Of a stretch of DNA of 57,900 nt, positions 10,525-18,255 are shown piece after piece. The notes below the pieces were generated by a model. The model was not told the origin of the DNA and did not search any database. It saw only the letters and a program-made list of their open reading frames with translations. This DNA is from Methanofastidiosum sp. Lineage in GTDB: Archaea > Methanobacteriota_B > Thermococci > Methanofastidiosales > Methanofastidiosaceae. Location: positions 1-57,900 of the forward strand of contig JBAYOH010000003.1 of assembly GCA_041678455.1 (NCBI GenBank). The letters run 5' to 3'. How positions within the stretch are numbered: position 1 is the first letter of the stretch; each line of letters starts with the position of its first letter. The position numbers and the translations under genes are program-made.

Positions 10525-10716
10525 TTACTCGCTTATCTTTTCAATCTGCTCTTTTAATTCTAAACTTTAGTTCTCACCTAAATTTCGGATAACTGCATCG
10601 ATTGATTTCTGATCAGAACTAAAATCTTCAAAATCAATATCTTGAATGTAATTTTCAATTTTGTATATTGCTTCTAGAATATCGTCAATATATAGTTTTT
10701 CGTCTCTAAGAGACAT
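10525..10716 (-). pseudogene. DUF86/HepT-like HEPN toxin, internally deleted
   Basis: MSLRDEKLYIDDILEAIYKIENY...DAVIRNLGEN* then a C-terminal tail LELKEQIEKISE*; the central RxxxxH region is absent. Confidence 0.75.
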
Positions 10717-11013
10717 AGGATACTTCCTTTAGGATTCTATTTTTTATTCTGTCCTTTAAAGCCGGTCTTGTTACTATCTCAACATCGATACCAAATTTTT
10801 CTTTTAGGTAGTCTTCCACTTCAAAAGTTTAAAATAGTCTATAGGCACCTCAAAGTCAACAAGTAAGTCAATATCACTATGTTCAGTCTGCTCATTTCTA
10901 GAATAAGAACCAAAGAGTCCTACATTAGAAACGCCATATCTTTGTTTTAAGTATGGTAGCTCGTGCTTTAAGACTTTGATTATCTCTTCCTTTGTTTTCA
11001 TCAATTGATACAT
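10706..11013 (-). pseudogene. Minimal nucleotidyltransferase (MntA-like antitoxin), frameshifted
   Basis: LFGSYSR...SDIDLLV; continues in another frame as FEVEDYLKEKFGIDVEIVT...ILKEVSYVS*. Confidence 0.75.
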
Positions 11014-11100
11014 ACTTCAATATCATATAAAAAATTAACTAAGTATAAAAAGAACTTTCCAGGAAACTTAAACGTAAACTTTTCTGCAGCTGAATTGGTA

Positions 11101-11311
11101 ATATAAAAGAAAAGCTTTCAAGGATTAATCTTGACAAAGTGGAAGCCACAAAATATTCAAGAACGAAGCTGGAACAATAATTACAATACCATATCATTCA
11201 GGAACGAGTCTCCATCCAAAAGTATTGAGAGAGATATTAAATAGTGTAGATATTTCTCTTGAGGATTTCAAAAAATTAATTTGATATGTTCTAGTTTTAG
11301 GATATGATTAA
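11101..11311 (+). pseudogene. hicA: Degenerate duplicate of hicA (11663-11919) with a 46-bp deletion and ATG>ATA
   Basis: Direct alignment; 4 mismatches over about 176 bp in the 3' part, 7 over 41 bp in the 5' part; deletion between CAAAGTG microhomologies. Confidence 0.85.
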
Positions 11312-11440
11312 TACTATAAAGGGGCAGATTATTACGGGGCTATCCGGCAGATAATTTTTCTTTTCTGATAATTCTTTCGATCTTTATCAAATAAAAGAAA
11401 ATATTAAATACTTGATTAGCTATCGAGATACAGAGGCGCT

Positions 11441-11668
11441 ATGATGGGGTCATTAAAATTTCCAATAATAGTTGAAAAAGATTCAGATGGATACTTTGCA
11501 TTCTGCCCAGATATTCAAGGTTGTTATACTCAAGGAGACACTTACGAAGAAGTTTTAGAAAATATAAAAGACGTCATTAAACTACTTTTAGAAGAAATGA
11601 ATGAAGCTGGCACTAAATTGCCTGAAACCCAGAACGTAAGCTTTACTACAGTTGAAGTGACAATATGA
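11441..11668 (+). CDS. hicB: HicB antitoxin
   Basis: YFAFCPDIQGCYTQGDTYEEVLENIKD. Confidence 0.88.
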   Translation: MMGSLKFPIIVEKDSDGYFAFCPDIQGCYTQGDTYEEVLENIKDVIKLLLEEMNEAGTKLPETQNVSFTTVEVTI

Positions 11669-11892
11669 AGGAAAAACTTCCAAGAATTAGTCCTGACAAA
11701 GTGATAAAAGCATTGGAAAAACTTGGATTTTCTCAAGTAAGGCAAAGTGGAAGCCATAAAATATTCAAGAACGAAGCTGGAACAAGGATTACAATACCAT
11801 ATCATTCAGGAACGAGTCTCCATCCAAAAGTATTGAGAGAGATATTAAATAGTGTAGATATTTCTCTTGAGGATTTCAAAAAATTAATTTGA
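11665..11892 (+). CDS. hicA: HicA toxin
   Basis: LGFSQVRQSGSHKIF...ITIPYH; ATGA overlap with hicB. Confidence 0.88.
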   Translation: MKEKLPRISPDKVIKALEKLGFSQVRQSGSHKIFKNEAGTRITIPYHSGTSLHPKVLREILNSVDISLEDFKKLI

Positions 11893-11919
11893 TATGTACT
11901 AGTTTTAGGATATGATTAA

Positions 11920-12236
11920 GAGAATTTTGATTAACTTCGACCCTATTTCCGCTATTAGTTAAATTTACATTCCAATAGCGGGTTTTAGTTGTCATGGGCA
12001 GCTTGATTGATTTTGCCTTGAAAAGAGAGTATGAACGCCTTCAAAAGCTAGGTGACAGATTAAACTATATTATCAGTTTCATACCCCTTCTAAAAGAATG
12101 GCATAGCTTCAGCTATCGGCAAATTTTGGGGAATTGCCCAAAATTTGGATAAAAAGAGTTAAGAAACACGATAAAGCGCTCCAAGATTTATAAAATTGAA
12201 AAGATAAGAAAAAAATAGAGATTAATCGTAGTCCTC
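11920..12236 (+). mobile_element. Internally deleted IS5-type element (MITE-like, 317 bp)
   Basis: Imperfect terminal IRs GAGAATTTTGATTAA / TTAATCGTAGTCCTC; residual transposase N-terminus MGSLIDFALKREYERLQKLGDRL from 11994; 3' 100 bp match 1-102. Confidence 0.7.
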
Positions 12237-12271
12237 TCTACTTTAATTTTTTCTCGTCTTGTTCGTAATCT

Positions 12272-12760
12272 CTAAGGCTTCCAGACTTTTAAGAAATCGA
12301 CCCTTTCAAGGTCGCTGTCATTTGTGGCGATATTCTCTATGCCATTATACTTGCACGTAGCGGCATGGATTGCATCATTAATCAAAAGAATATCTAAAAA
12401 TAAGTAAGAGCTCTCTAAAATTATTTCGTTAATATCCAAAACTTTAATATTTTCTATTTTAGATATCTCAAGAACAGCGTTCATAGGCCCTTTAATTTTC
12501 TTGAGAACATCAGAGTTATTTTTTATTATTTTTATAGAATTATGAATTGGTGTTTCATACTCCCTAGAAACATTTAATATGAGTAGTTTATGATAAACTT
12601 CAGAAATTACAATAGGATTGATATAACCTGTAATCTCACCAGATTTAATTTTGTTTAATAATAAATTACACGATTTAAAGTTACCAGTTGTGGTAATGGA
12701 ATAGATAAAAATATTGCTATCTAAAAATATATTACCTTCAATGAATTCATTAAGTTTCAT
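12272..12760 (-). CDS. vapC: PIN-domain toxin VapC (copy A)
   Basis: FLDSNIFI, SE, NDAIH, TNDSD acidic PIN residues. Confidence 0.9.
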   Translation of the reverse strand: MKLNEFIEGNIFLDSNIFIYSITTTGNFKSCNLLLNKIKSGEITGYINPIVISEVYHKLLILNVSREYETPIHNSIKIIKNNSDVLKKIKGPMNAVLEISKIENIKVLDINEIILESSYLFLDILLINDAIHAATCKYNGIENIATNDSDLERVDFLKVWKP

Positions 12761-12767
12761 GAAATCA

Positions 12768-12956
12768 TCATAAAAGCAAATCTAATTCTTCTTCTAATAT
12801 CTGTTTTACCATTTCGTTTGAAGCTTTTATTTTCGTTTTGAATGGGGGTTTGTCCTCTGGTAATATCTGAACTAAGACTTCCTTGTCCTCTATGTTAATC
12901 TTCTCAAGAGGATAAATAATACCGTCCTTTATCCTTGCATGGATTATTATTCCCAT
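12768..12956 (-). CDS. DUF104/AF2212-like antitoxin (copy A)
   Basis: IHARIKDGIIYPLEKI N-terminal motif, upstream of PIN gene. Confidence 0.78.
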   Translation of the reverse strand: MGIIIHARIKDGIIYPLEKINIEDKEVLVQILPEDKPPFKTKIKASNEMVKQILEEELDLLL

Positions 12957-13091
12957 AAATATTACTACAATTACATGTTTTTAAGTATTGCTGTAAAATT
13001 CCTTGAATGGACTAAAAGGAAACAAAGGCGGACTGTCACCATCATCAATCAAGATAAAAAAAATCTGTTATCTTTTTCTTCTTTTCTTACA

Positions 13092-13592
13092 TTAAGGCTT
13101 CCAGACTTTTAAGAAATCGACCCTTTCAAGGTCGCTGTCATTTGTGGCGATATTCTCTATGCCATTATATTTGCACGTAGCGGCATGGATTGCATCGTTT
13201 GGTAAAAGCCCGTATTCTTTCGATAAATCAAATGAAAGTTTGGATATATCTTCTCCAAGTTGTAAGATTTTTATCCCTTCATACATATATAATTCTTCAA
13301 TCACCTTACTTGATTTTTTAAGTTTAGAAATTATACCTGGATTCTCTTTTAAATAAATTTTTGATTTAGACGGGTCTAATTTCTTTGTTTCTGATATTTC
13401 AATCATTATCAGTTTATAGAATAATTCACTTATAACTAAAGGCGATACAAAACCTAATAATTCACCATATTTTACCCTTGAAATATAATCTCTACAATCA
13501 TTACTAAATTTATTATTTGATTTTACCGTGTAAAGAAAAATGTTGGTATCTATAAAAGCATCTTCATGTAATAGATTAATAGTTACACTCAA
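13092..13592 (-). CDS. vapC: PIN-domain toxin VapC (copy B)
   Basis: FIDTNIFL, SE, LLPNDAIH, TNDSD. Confidence 0.9.
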   Translation of the reverse strand: MSVTINLLHEDAFIDTNIFLYTVKSNNKFSNDCRDYISRVKYGELLGFVSPLVISELFYKLIMIEISETKKLDPSKSKIYLKENPGIISKLKKSSKVIEELYMYEGIKILQLGEDISKLSFDLSKEYGLLPNDAIHAATCKYNGIENIATNDSDLERVDFLKVWKP

Positions 13593-13777
13593 GACATATC
13601 CTCATCTTCTAATATCTCTTGGAATACTTCATCAGAAACGTCAAAACTTACACTAAAAGCAGACCTATCAGGTATTATATCGTCTATTTTAACTAAGACT
13701 TCCTTGTCGCCTAAGTCAATCTTCTCAAGAGGATAAATAATACCGTCCTTTATCCTTGCATGGATTATTATTCCCAT
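13589..13777 (-). CDS. DUF104/AF2212-like antitoxin (copy B)
   Basis: First 20 aa identical to copy A. Confidence 0.78.
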   Translation of the reverse strand: MGIIIHARIKDGIIYPLEKIDLGDKEVLVKIDDIIPDRSAFSVSFDVSDEVFQEILEDEDMS

Positions 13778-13937
13778 AAATATTACTACAATTGCATGTT
13801 TTTAAGTATTGCTATGAACTCCCATCTATCAAATACAAGGAAAAGGATATATAAAATTTAATTTTTAATTTCTTTTTCTATTTCTAATTTTATGAACACA
13901 TAGATATAAATATTATTGTAACGATTATGAAATTATT

Positions 13938-14453
13938 TTGGCCCTTCTAAAAGGAAAGAGCCATATTAGAGAAATATCAAGAAAACTGAAAACAAATCAG
14001 ACTTCAGTTAAAAGAAGGCTTGATGAGCTATACAAACAAAATATAGTTGACTACAGGATAGAGGGAAAGAATTATGTCTATTTCATTAAGAAAAGCTTAG
14101 AGGCAAGAAGCTTTGTGATAATTTCTGAAAGTTATAGTTTTATCTTGTTTTTGAAAAAATATCCTTACTTAAAAGGCATGATTAAAAAGATTACAGAAAA
14201 AGAAAATATCGACATGGCAATAATCTTCGGATCGTATGCCAAAAGCATTGCTAACGAATCAAGTGATATAGATCTTTATATAGAATCAGAAAACCTCGAT
14301 TTAAAAAAAGAAATTGAGTTAATAGATTCAAGACTAAGCGTTAAAATGGGTAGATACGATAAAGAAAACCTATTAATAAAAGAGATTGAATCAAACCATA
14401 TAATCATAAAAGGGATTGAAAAGTTTTATAAAAAAAACAGATTTTTTGATTAA
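13938..14453 (+). CDS. HTH-fused nucleotidyltransferase (MNT antitoxin-like); start uncertain
   Basis: N-terminal wHTH (HIREISRKL), IFGSYAK, SDIDLY. Confidence 0.8.
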   Translation: MALLKGKSHIREISRKLKTNQTSVKRRLDELYKQNIVDYRIEGKNYVYFIKKSLEARSFVIISESYSFILFLKKYPYLKGMIKKITEKENIDMAIIFGSYAKSIANESSDIDLYIESENLDLKKEIELIDSRLSVKMGRYDKENLLIKEIESNHIIIKGIEKFYKKNRFFD

Positions 14454-14469
14454 GCTAATAGATGAGAAG

Positions 14470-14495
14470 AAAAATAGAGGTTAATCGTAGCCCTC
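14470..14495 (+). mobile_element. Isolated IS right-end relic
   Basis: AAAAATAGAGGTTAATCGTAGCCCTC matches ends at 77-102 and 12211-12236. Confidence 0.65.
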
Positions 14496-14563
14496 GTAAT
14501 TATTTATCAGGCATCTCTATTTAATGGGGAAATTTTATAAATAATTAAAAACAGTTGATTATC

Positions 14564-15997
14564 ATGGAAAAAATAAATAAAGAACAATTAATTAAGACGC
14601 TCGATATACATCAGAGCGGGTATGTTAATTTTGATCTACCTAATCCTAAAAATGGAGAATATCTTCTTGCAGTATTTCACTTAGTATCTGGGGGGAAGTT
14701 AAATATTTTACAAGCTGCAGCAGAAGTTGCGGCTGAGTCCTCCACAGGTACAAATTTGAACGTAAAGACTGAAACCCCCTTCTCAAAAGAGATGAATGCC
14801 ATAGTTTACAAAATTGATCAGGATAAAGACCTTGTTTGGCTGGCTTATCCATGGAGGCTTTTTGACAGAGGCGGAAACGTGCAGAACATATTGACATACC
14901 TTGTCGGAAATGTCCTTGGGATGAAGGAAGTAAGCGCATTAAAATTGCTTGATGTCTGGTTTCCGCCTTCAATGCTAGAGCAGTATGATGGCCCAAGCTA
15001 TACACTAGATGATATGAGAAAATATTTAGGTGTCTATGATAGGCCAATTCTTGGGAGTATAATAAAACCCAAAATGGGATTGACTTCAGCAGAGTATGCA
15101 GAAGCTGCTTATGATTTCTGGGTGGGCGGCGGAGACTTTGTTAAAAATGACGAGCCGCAGGCAAATCAGGATTTCTGCCCATATGAAAAGATGGTGACAA
15201 ATGTCAAAGCCGCTATGGATAAAGCGGTCAAGGAAACAGGGGAGAAAAAAATCCACTCATTTAATGTCTCTGCGGCAGATTTTGACACAATGATTGAAAG
15301 ATGTGAACTTATAAGAAACGCTGGATTTGAACCTGGAAGCTACGCATTTTTAATTGATGGGATTATTGCCGGGTGGATGGCTGTGCAAACCTTAAGAAGA
15401 AAATATCCTGACGTTTTTATACACTTTCATAGAGCAGGTCATGGCGCATATACTAGGACAGAAAATCCAATAGGATTTTCAGTATTAGTTTTATCTAAAT
15501 TTGCAAGATTGGCAGGTGCGTCTGGAATTCACACAGGGACTGCAGGTGTTGGAAAAATGCAAGGTAGCCCTGAAGAAGACATTGTTGCAGCACAGAACAT
15601 TTTGCGTTTTAAATCTAAAGGGCATTTCTTTGAGCAGGAATGGTCAAAAATATTTGAGGGTGACAAAGATGCAATAGCTCTTGCTCAAGCAGATACCGCA
15701 CGCCACGTTATTTTAGAGGATGACAGCTGGAGAGGCATGAAAAAATGCTGCCCTATTGTTTCTGGTGGCCTAAATCCAACTTTGCTGAAGCCGTTCATCG
15801 ATGTAATGGGAAATATCGACTTCATTACAACAATGGGTGCAGGCTGCCACGCTCATCCAAAAGGGACAACAGCCGGGGCAAAAGCATTGGCCCAGGCATG
15901 TGAGGCATACCAAAAAGGGATTGACATTAAGGAATATGCCAAGAGCCACAAAGAACTCGAAGAGGCTATTGAGTTTTTCTCTAAAGGAAAGAAGTAG
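14564..15997 (+). CDS. rbcL: RuBisCO, form II/III (Methanococcoides-type)
   Basis: GGDFVKNDE carbamylation motif, HxH (HFHRAGH), loop 6 GVGKM, SGG; C-terminal insertion EWSKI...HVILEDDSWRGMKKCCP typical of form II/III. Confidence 0.92.
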   Translation: MEKINKEQLIKTLDIHQSGYVNFDLPNPKNGEYLLAVFHLVSGGKLNILQAAAEVAAESSTGTNLNVKTETPFSKEMNAIVYKIDQDKDLVWLAYPWRLFDRGGNVQNILTYLVGNVLGMKEVSALKLLDVWFPPSMLEQYDGPSYTLDDMRKYLGVYDRPILGSIIKPKMGLTSAEYAEAAYDFWVGGGDFVKNDEPQANQDFCPYEKMVTNVKAAMDKAVKETGEKKIHSFNVSAADFDTMIERCELIRNAGFEPGSYAFLIDGIIAGWMAVQTLRRKYPDVFIHFHRAGHGAYTRTENPIGFSVLVLSKFARLAGASGIHTGTAGVGKMQGSPEEDIVAAQNILRFKSKGHFFEQEWSKIFEGDKDAIALAQADTARHVILEDDSWRGMKKCCPIVSGGLNPTLLKPFIDVMGNIDFITTMGAGCHAHPKGTTAGAKALAQACEAYQKGIDIKEYAKSHKELEEAIEFFSKGKK

Positions 15998-16127
15998 TTT
16001 TTTGTAAATTTTAATTTTGACCTGGCAAAGGGTAGTTTGAAAGGAAATTATTATGTTAAAATTACAAATTTGGATGAGATATTACCACTTAAGTGATAAC
16101 TTTTATTAATAGTAGAATACATAATAA

Positions 16128-16425
16128 ATAGATAAAGGAAGCTCTTCCTACAAAGGCAATACAATAAGACTAACTGAAGAATGATGGATTCATATTACAT
16201 CAAGCCATCCCGAAATGGCTTTCCTTTTAGAAGGGGTACTAAATACAATTGCTGCGCCAGACATAATATTCAAGGGAGATTTTGGCGAATCTATATCTGT
16301 AAAAAAGATTAATGATAAATATCTAGTAGTTCCATATAAAGAGGAAAAGGATGGATTTATAATAACTGCGTATATCACAAAAAAAATTGAGGAGAAGAGA
16401 AATTATATGGGGAGCCAAAAAATAA
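16128..16425 (+). pseudogene. Toxin of the DUF4258/RelE-like type that pairs with DUF2283, inactivated
   Basis: IRLTEE*WIHI...HPEM motif with TGA at 16182; +1 slip in an A-run before the native end RREIIWGAKK*. Confidence 0.65.
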
Positions 16426-16427
16426 GT

Positions 16428-16631
16428 ATGATTGAAGGTATTAGGAAAATTTATAGCGACGTTGAATTTGATTACGATGAAGAAGTTGACGTTTTATATG
16501 TCAGTTTTGGTAAACCATCAAAGGCGATTAGTGAAGACTTAGGAAATGGAGTAATTCTTAGGTATAATGAAGAAAATGATGATCTTGTTGGAATGACTTT
16601 AATTGGAATTAAGAAGAGAAGCACTCATTAA
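16428..16631 (+). CDS. DUF2283 antitoxin-like protein
   Basis: YDEEVDVLYVSF...GVILRY...LVGMTL; the ORF-track entry 16215..16631 is a frameshift fusion. Confidence 0.75.
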   Translation: MIEGIRKIYSDVEFDYDEEVDVLYVSFGKPSKAISEDLGNGVILRYNEENDDLVGMTLIGIKKRSTH

Positions 16632-16714
16632 GATGTTATTTTTTAAAGTATCGATTCAACTTTTACCATTTCTAGCTTCTTCCATAAATAAAATTTTTAG
16701 CTGATTATAAAAAG

Positions 16715-17233
16715 CTAATACTCAATACCTTCCCTTGCACCAATGCCTTTCTGGTAGGGGTGCTTTATCTCTACTACCTCTGAGACTAGGTCAGCGATAT
16801 CGATTATCTCTTTTGGGGCTAATCTCCCGGTGAGCACAACCTCAACATGTCTAGGTTTATTTTTTAAAATATCAATTACCTTTCCTACCTCCAATAATTT
16901 AAAATGTAATGCGATGTTTATTTCATCGAGGATTACAATATCATATTTTCCGCCATTAATAGTTTTTTTGGAAAACTCAAATGCTTCATTTACAAGGTCG
17001 ATGTCCTCTTTACTTGGATTCTTGAAGTTTACAAATTTGGGTTTCCCAAAGGATACTATATCAATATTCTCTATTTTTTCTATGGCAAAATGCTCACCAT
17101 ATGTATCCCCCTGCTTCATGAACTGTATTATTATGGATTTTAGCCCACGCCCAGAAGCCCTTAAAGTGAGACCAAATGCGGCTGTACTCTTCCCTTTTCC
17201 ATTGCCTGTATAAACTTGGATTAATCCCTTCAT
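16715..17233 (-). CDS. cobO: Cob(I)alamin adenosyltransferase (CobO/BtuR)
   Basis: YTGNGKGKSTAAFG, QFMK, LDEIN, VLTGR, HPYQKG. Confidence 0.95.
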   Translation of the reverse strand: MKGLIQVYTGNGKGKSTAAFGLTLRASGRGLKSIIIQFMKQGDTYGEHFAIEKIENIDIVSFGKPKFVNFKNPSKEDIDLVNEAFEFSKKTINGGKYDIVILDEINIALHFKLLEVGKVIDILKNKPRHVEVVLTGRLAPKEIIDIADLVSEVVEIKHPYQKGIGAREGIEY

Positions 17234-17352
17234 AACACTCTATATATTTTTACACCTACTCATTTAAAAAATAAACTATAACTAAAATTATTGAGAATTT
17301 CTTAATTAAAAGCAAAGACGTTTAAATAGAAACGGTCGCCTATTTTCTCTTA

Positions 17353-18255
17353 ATGATAGAGTTTCTTGATGTTTCCAAGCTTTTTGGTGACCACAAGGCT
17401 TTGGATTGCGCCAGTATCAAAATAGAGGATGGGACGACCATAGGCATAGTTGGCCCAAATGGCGCTGGGAAGACGACTTTAATCAGGCTTCTTTGTGGGA
17501 TTCTAAAGCCATCACATGGACAGATAATAATTGATGGGAAGGACCTTCAAAAACATTCTGCAGAAATTAAGAAAATAATAGGCTACCTCCCTGAAGAGCC
17601 TAATCTTTACGAGCGTCCAACAGCCGGTGAGCTTTTGGAATATTTTGGGCTATTATACGGAGTTCCTAAAGATAAAATTAATCAAAGAATTGATGAGTTA
17701 CTAAATCTAGTCGGACTATCAGATAGAAAGGATTGGAAGGTATCCTCTTTTTCCAAAGGTATGAAACAGAGGCTTGCAATTTCAAGGGCCTTGATCCATG
17801 ACCCCAAAATAATTGTTTTTGATGAACCTACAATGGGCCTAGACCCGCTCACCTCAAGAAAAATAAGGGATTTTATAAAAACTCTAAAGAAGAACAAAAC
17901 AATTATCCTATGCACCCATTATATGTATGAAGCAGAGCAGCTTTGCGATAAAATAGCAATCATTGATAAGGGAAAAATAAAGGCCTACGATACCATTGAA
18001 AATCTTAAGGAGATATATATCAAGGAAAAAACGTTTAAGATTGGCCTAAAGAATATGACGAGTGAAATTCTAGATAGGATCTCTCTCGATAAAAATCTTA
18101 AAGTAGAGGAAAGAGGAGAGAATTATCTTATCATAAAAGCTCTGAGCTATGAAGATCTTAACTATATCCTAAGAGAAGAGACCATCTATTTTGAAGATTT
18201 GACGCCCTCTCTTGAAGAGGTCTTTATTGAGTTGGTCGGTAGTAAAAATGATTGA
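17353..18255 (+). CDS. ABC-2 transporter ATP-binding protein
   Basis: GPNGAGKTT, FSKGMKQR, FDEP, H-loop. Confidence 0.93.
   Translation: MIEFLDVSKLFGDHKALDCASIKIEDGTTIGIVGPNGAGKTTLIRLLCGILKPSHGQIIIDGKDLQKHSAEIKKIIGYLPEEPNLYERPTAGELLEYFGLLYGVPKDKINQRIDELLNLVGLSDRKDWKVSSFSKGMKQRLAISRALIHDPKIIVFDEPTMGLDPLTSRKIRDFIKTLKKNKTIILCTHYMYEAEQLCDKIAIIDKGKIKAYDTIENLKEIYIKEKTFKIGLKNMTSEILDRISLDKNLKVEERGENYLIIKALSYEDLNYILREETIYFEDLTPSLEEVFIELVGSKND

Larger units (their letters stand above)
12272..13813 (-). repeat. Tandem ~720-bp modules sharing two homology arms (12272-12366 vs 13092-13186; about 12871-12992 vs 13692-13813)
   Basis: Direct comparison: arms near-identical, offsets 820 and 821 bp; cores show no obvious nucleotide identity. 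Confidence 0.9.

Noticed and set aside
11917-12240. Target-site duplication around the MITE
   Set aside because: Flanks TAA and TCT do not match, so no TSD is claimed
16018-16096. Possible C-terminal gene fragment DLAKGSLKGNYYVKITNLDEILPLK*
   Set aside because: Too short to assign
16409-16423. 15-bp match GGGGAGCCAAAAAAT with 50596-50610
   Set aside because: About one such match is expected by chance in 58 kb, and the contexts are unrelated
10048-16631. Integron-like cassette array
   Set aside because: No repeated attC-like site between modules, mixed orientations, no integrase in the window
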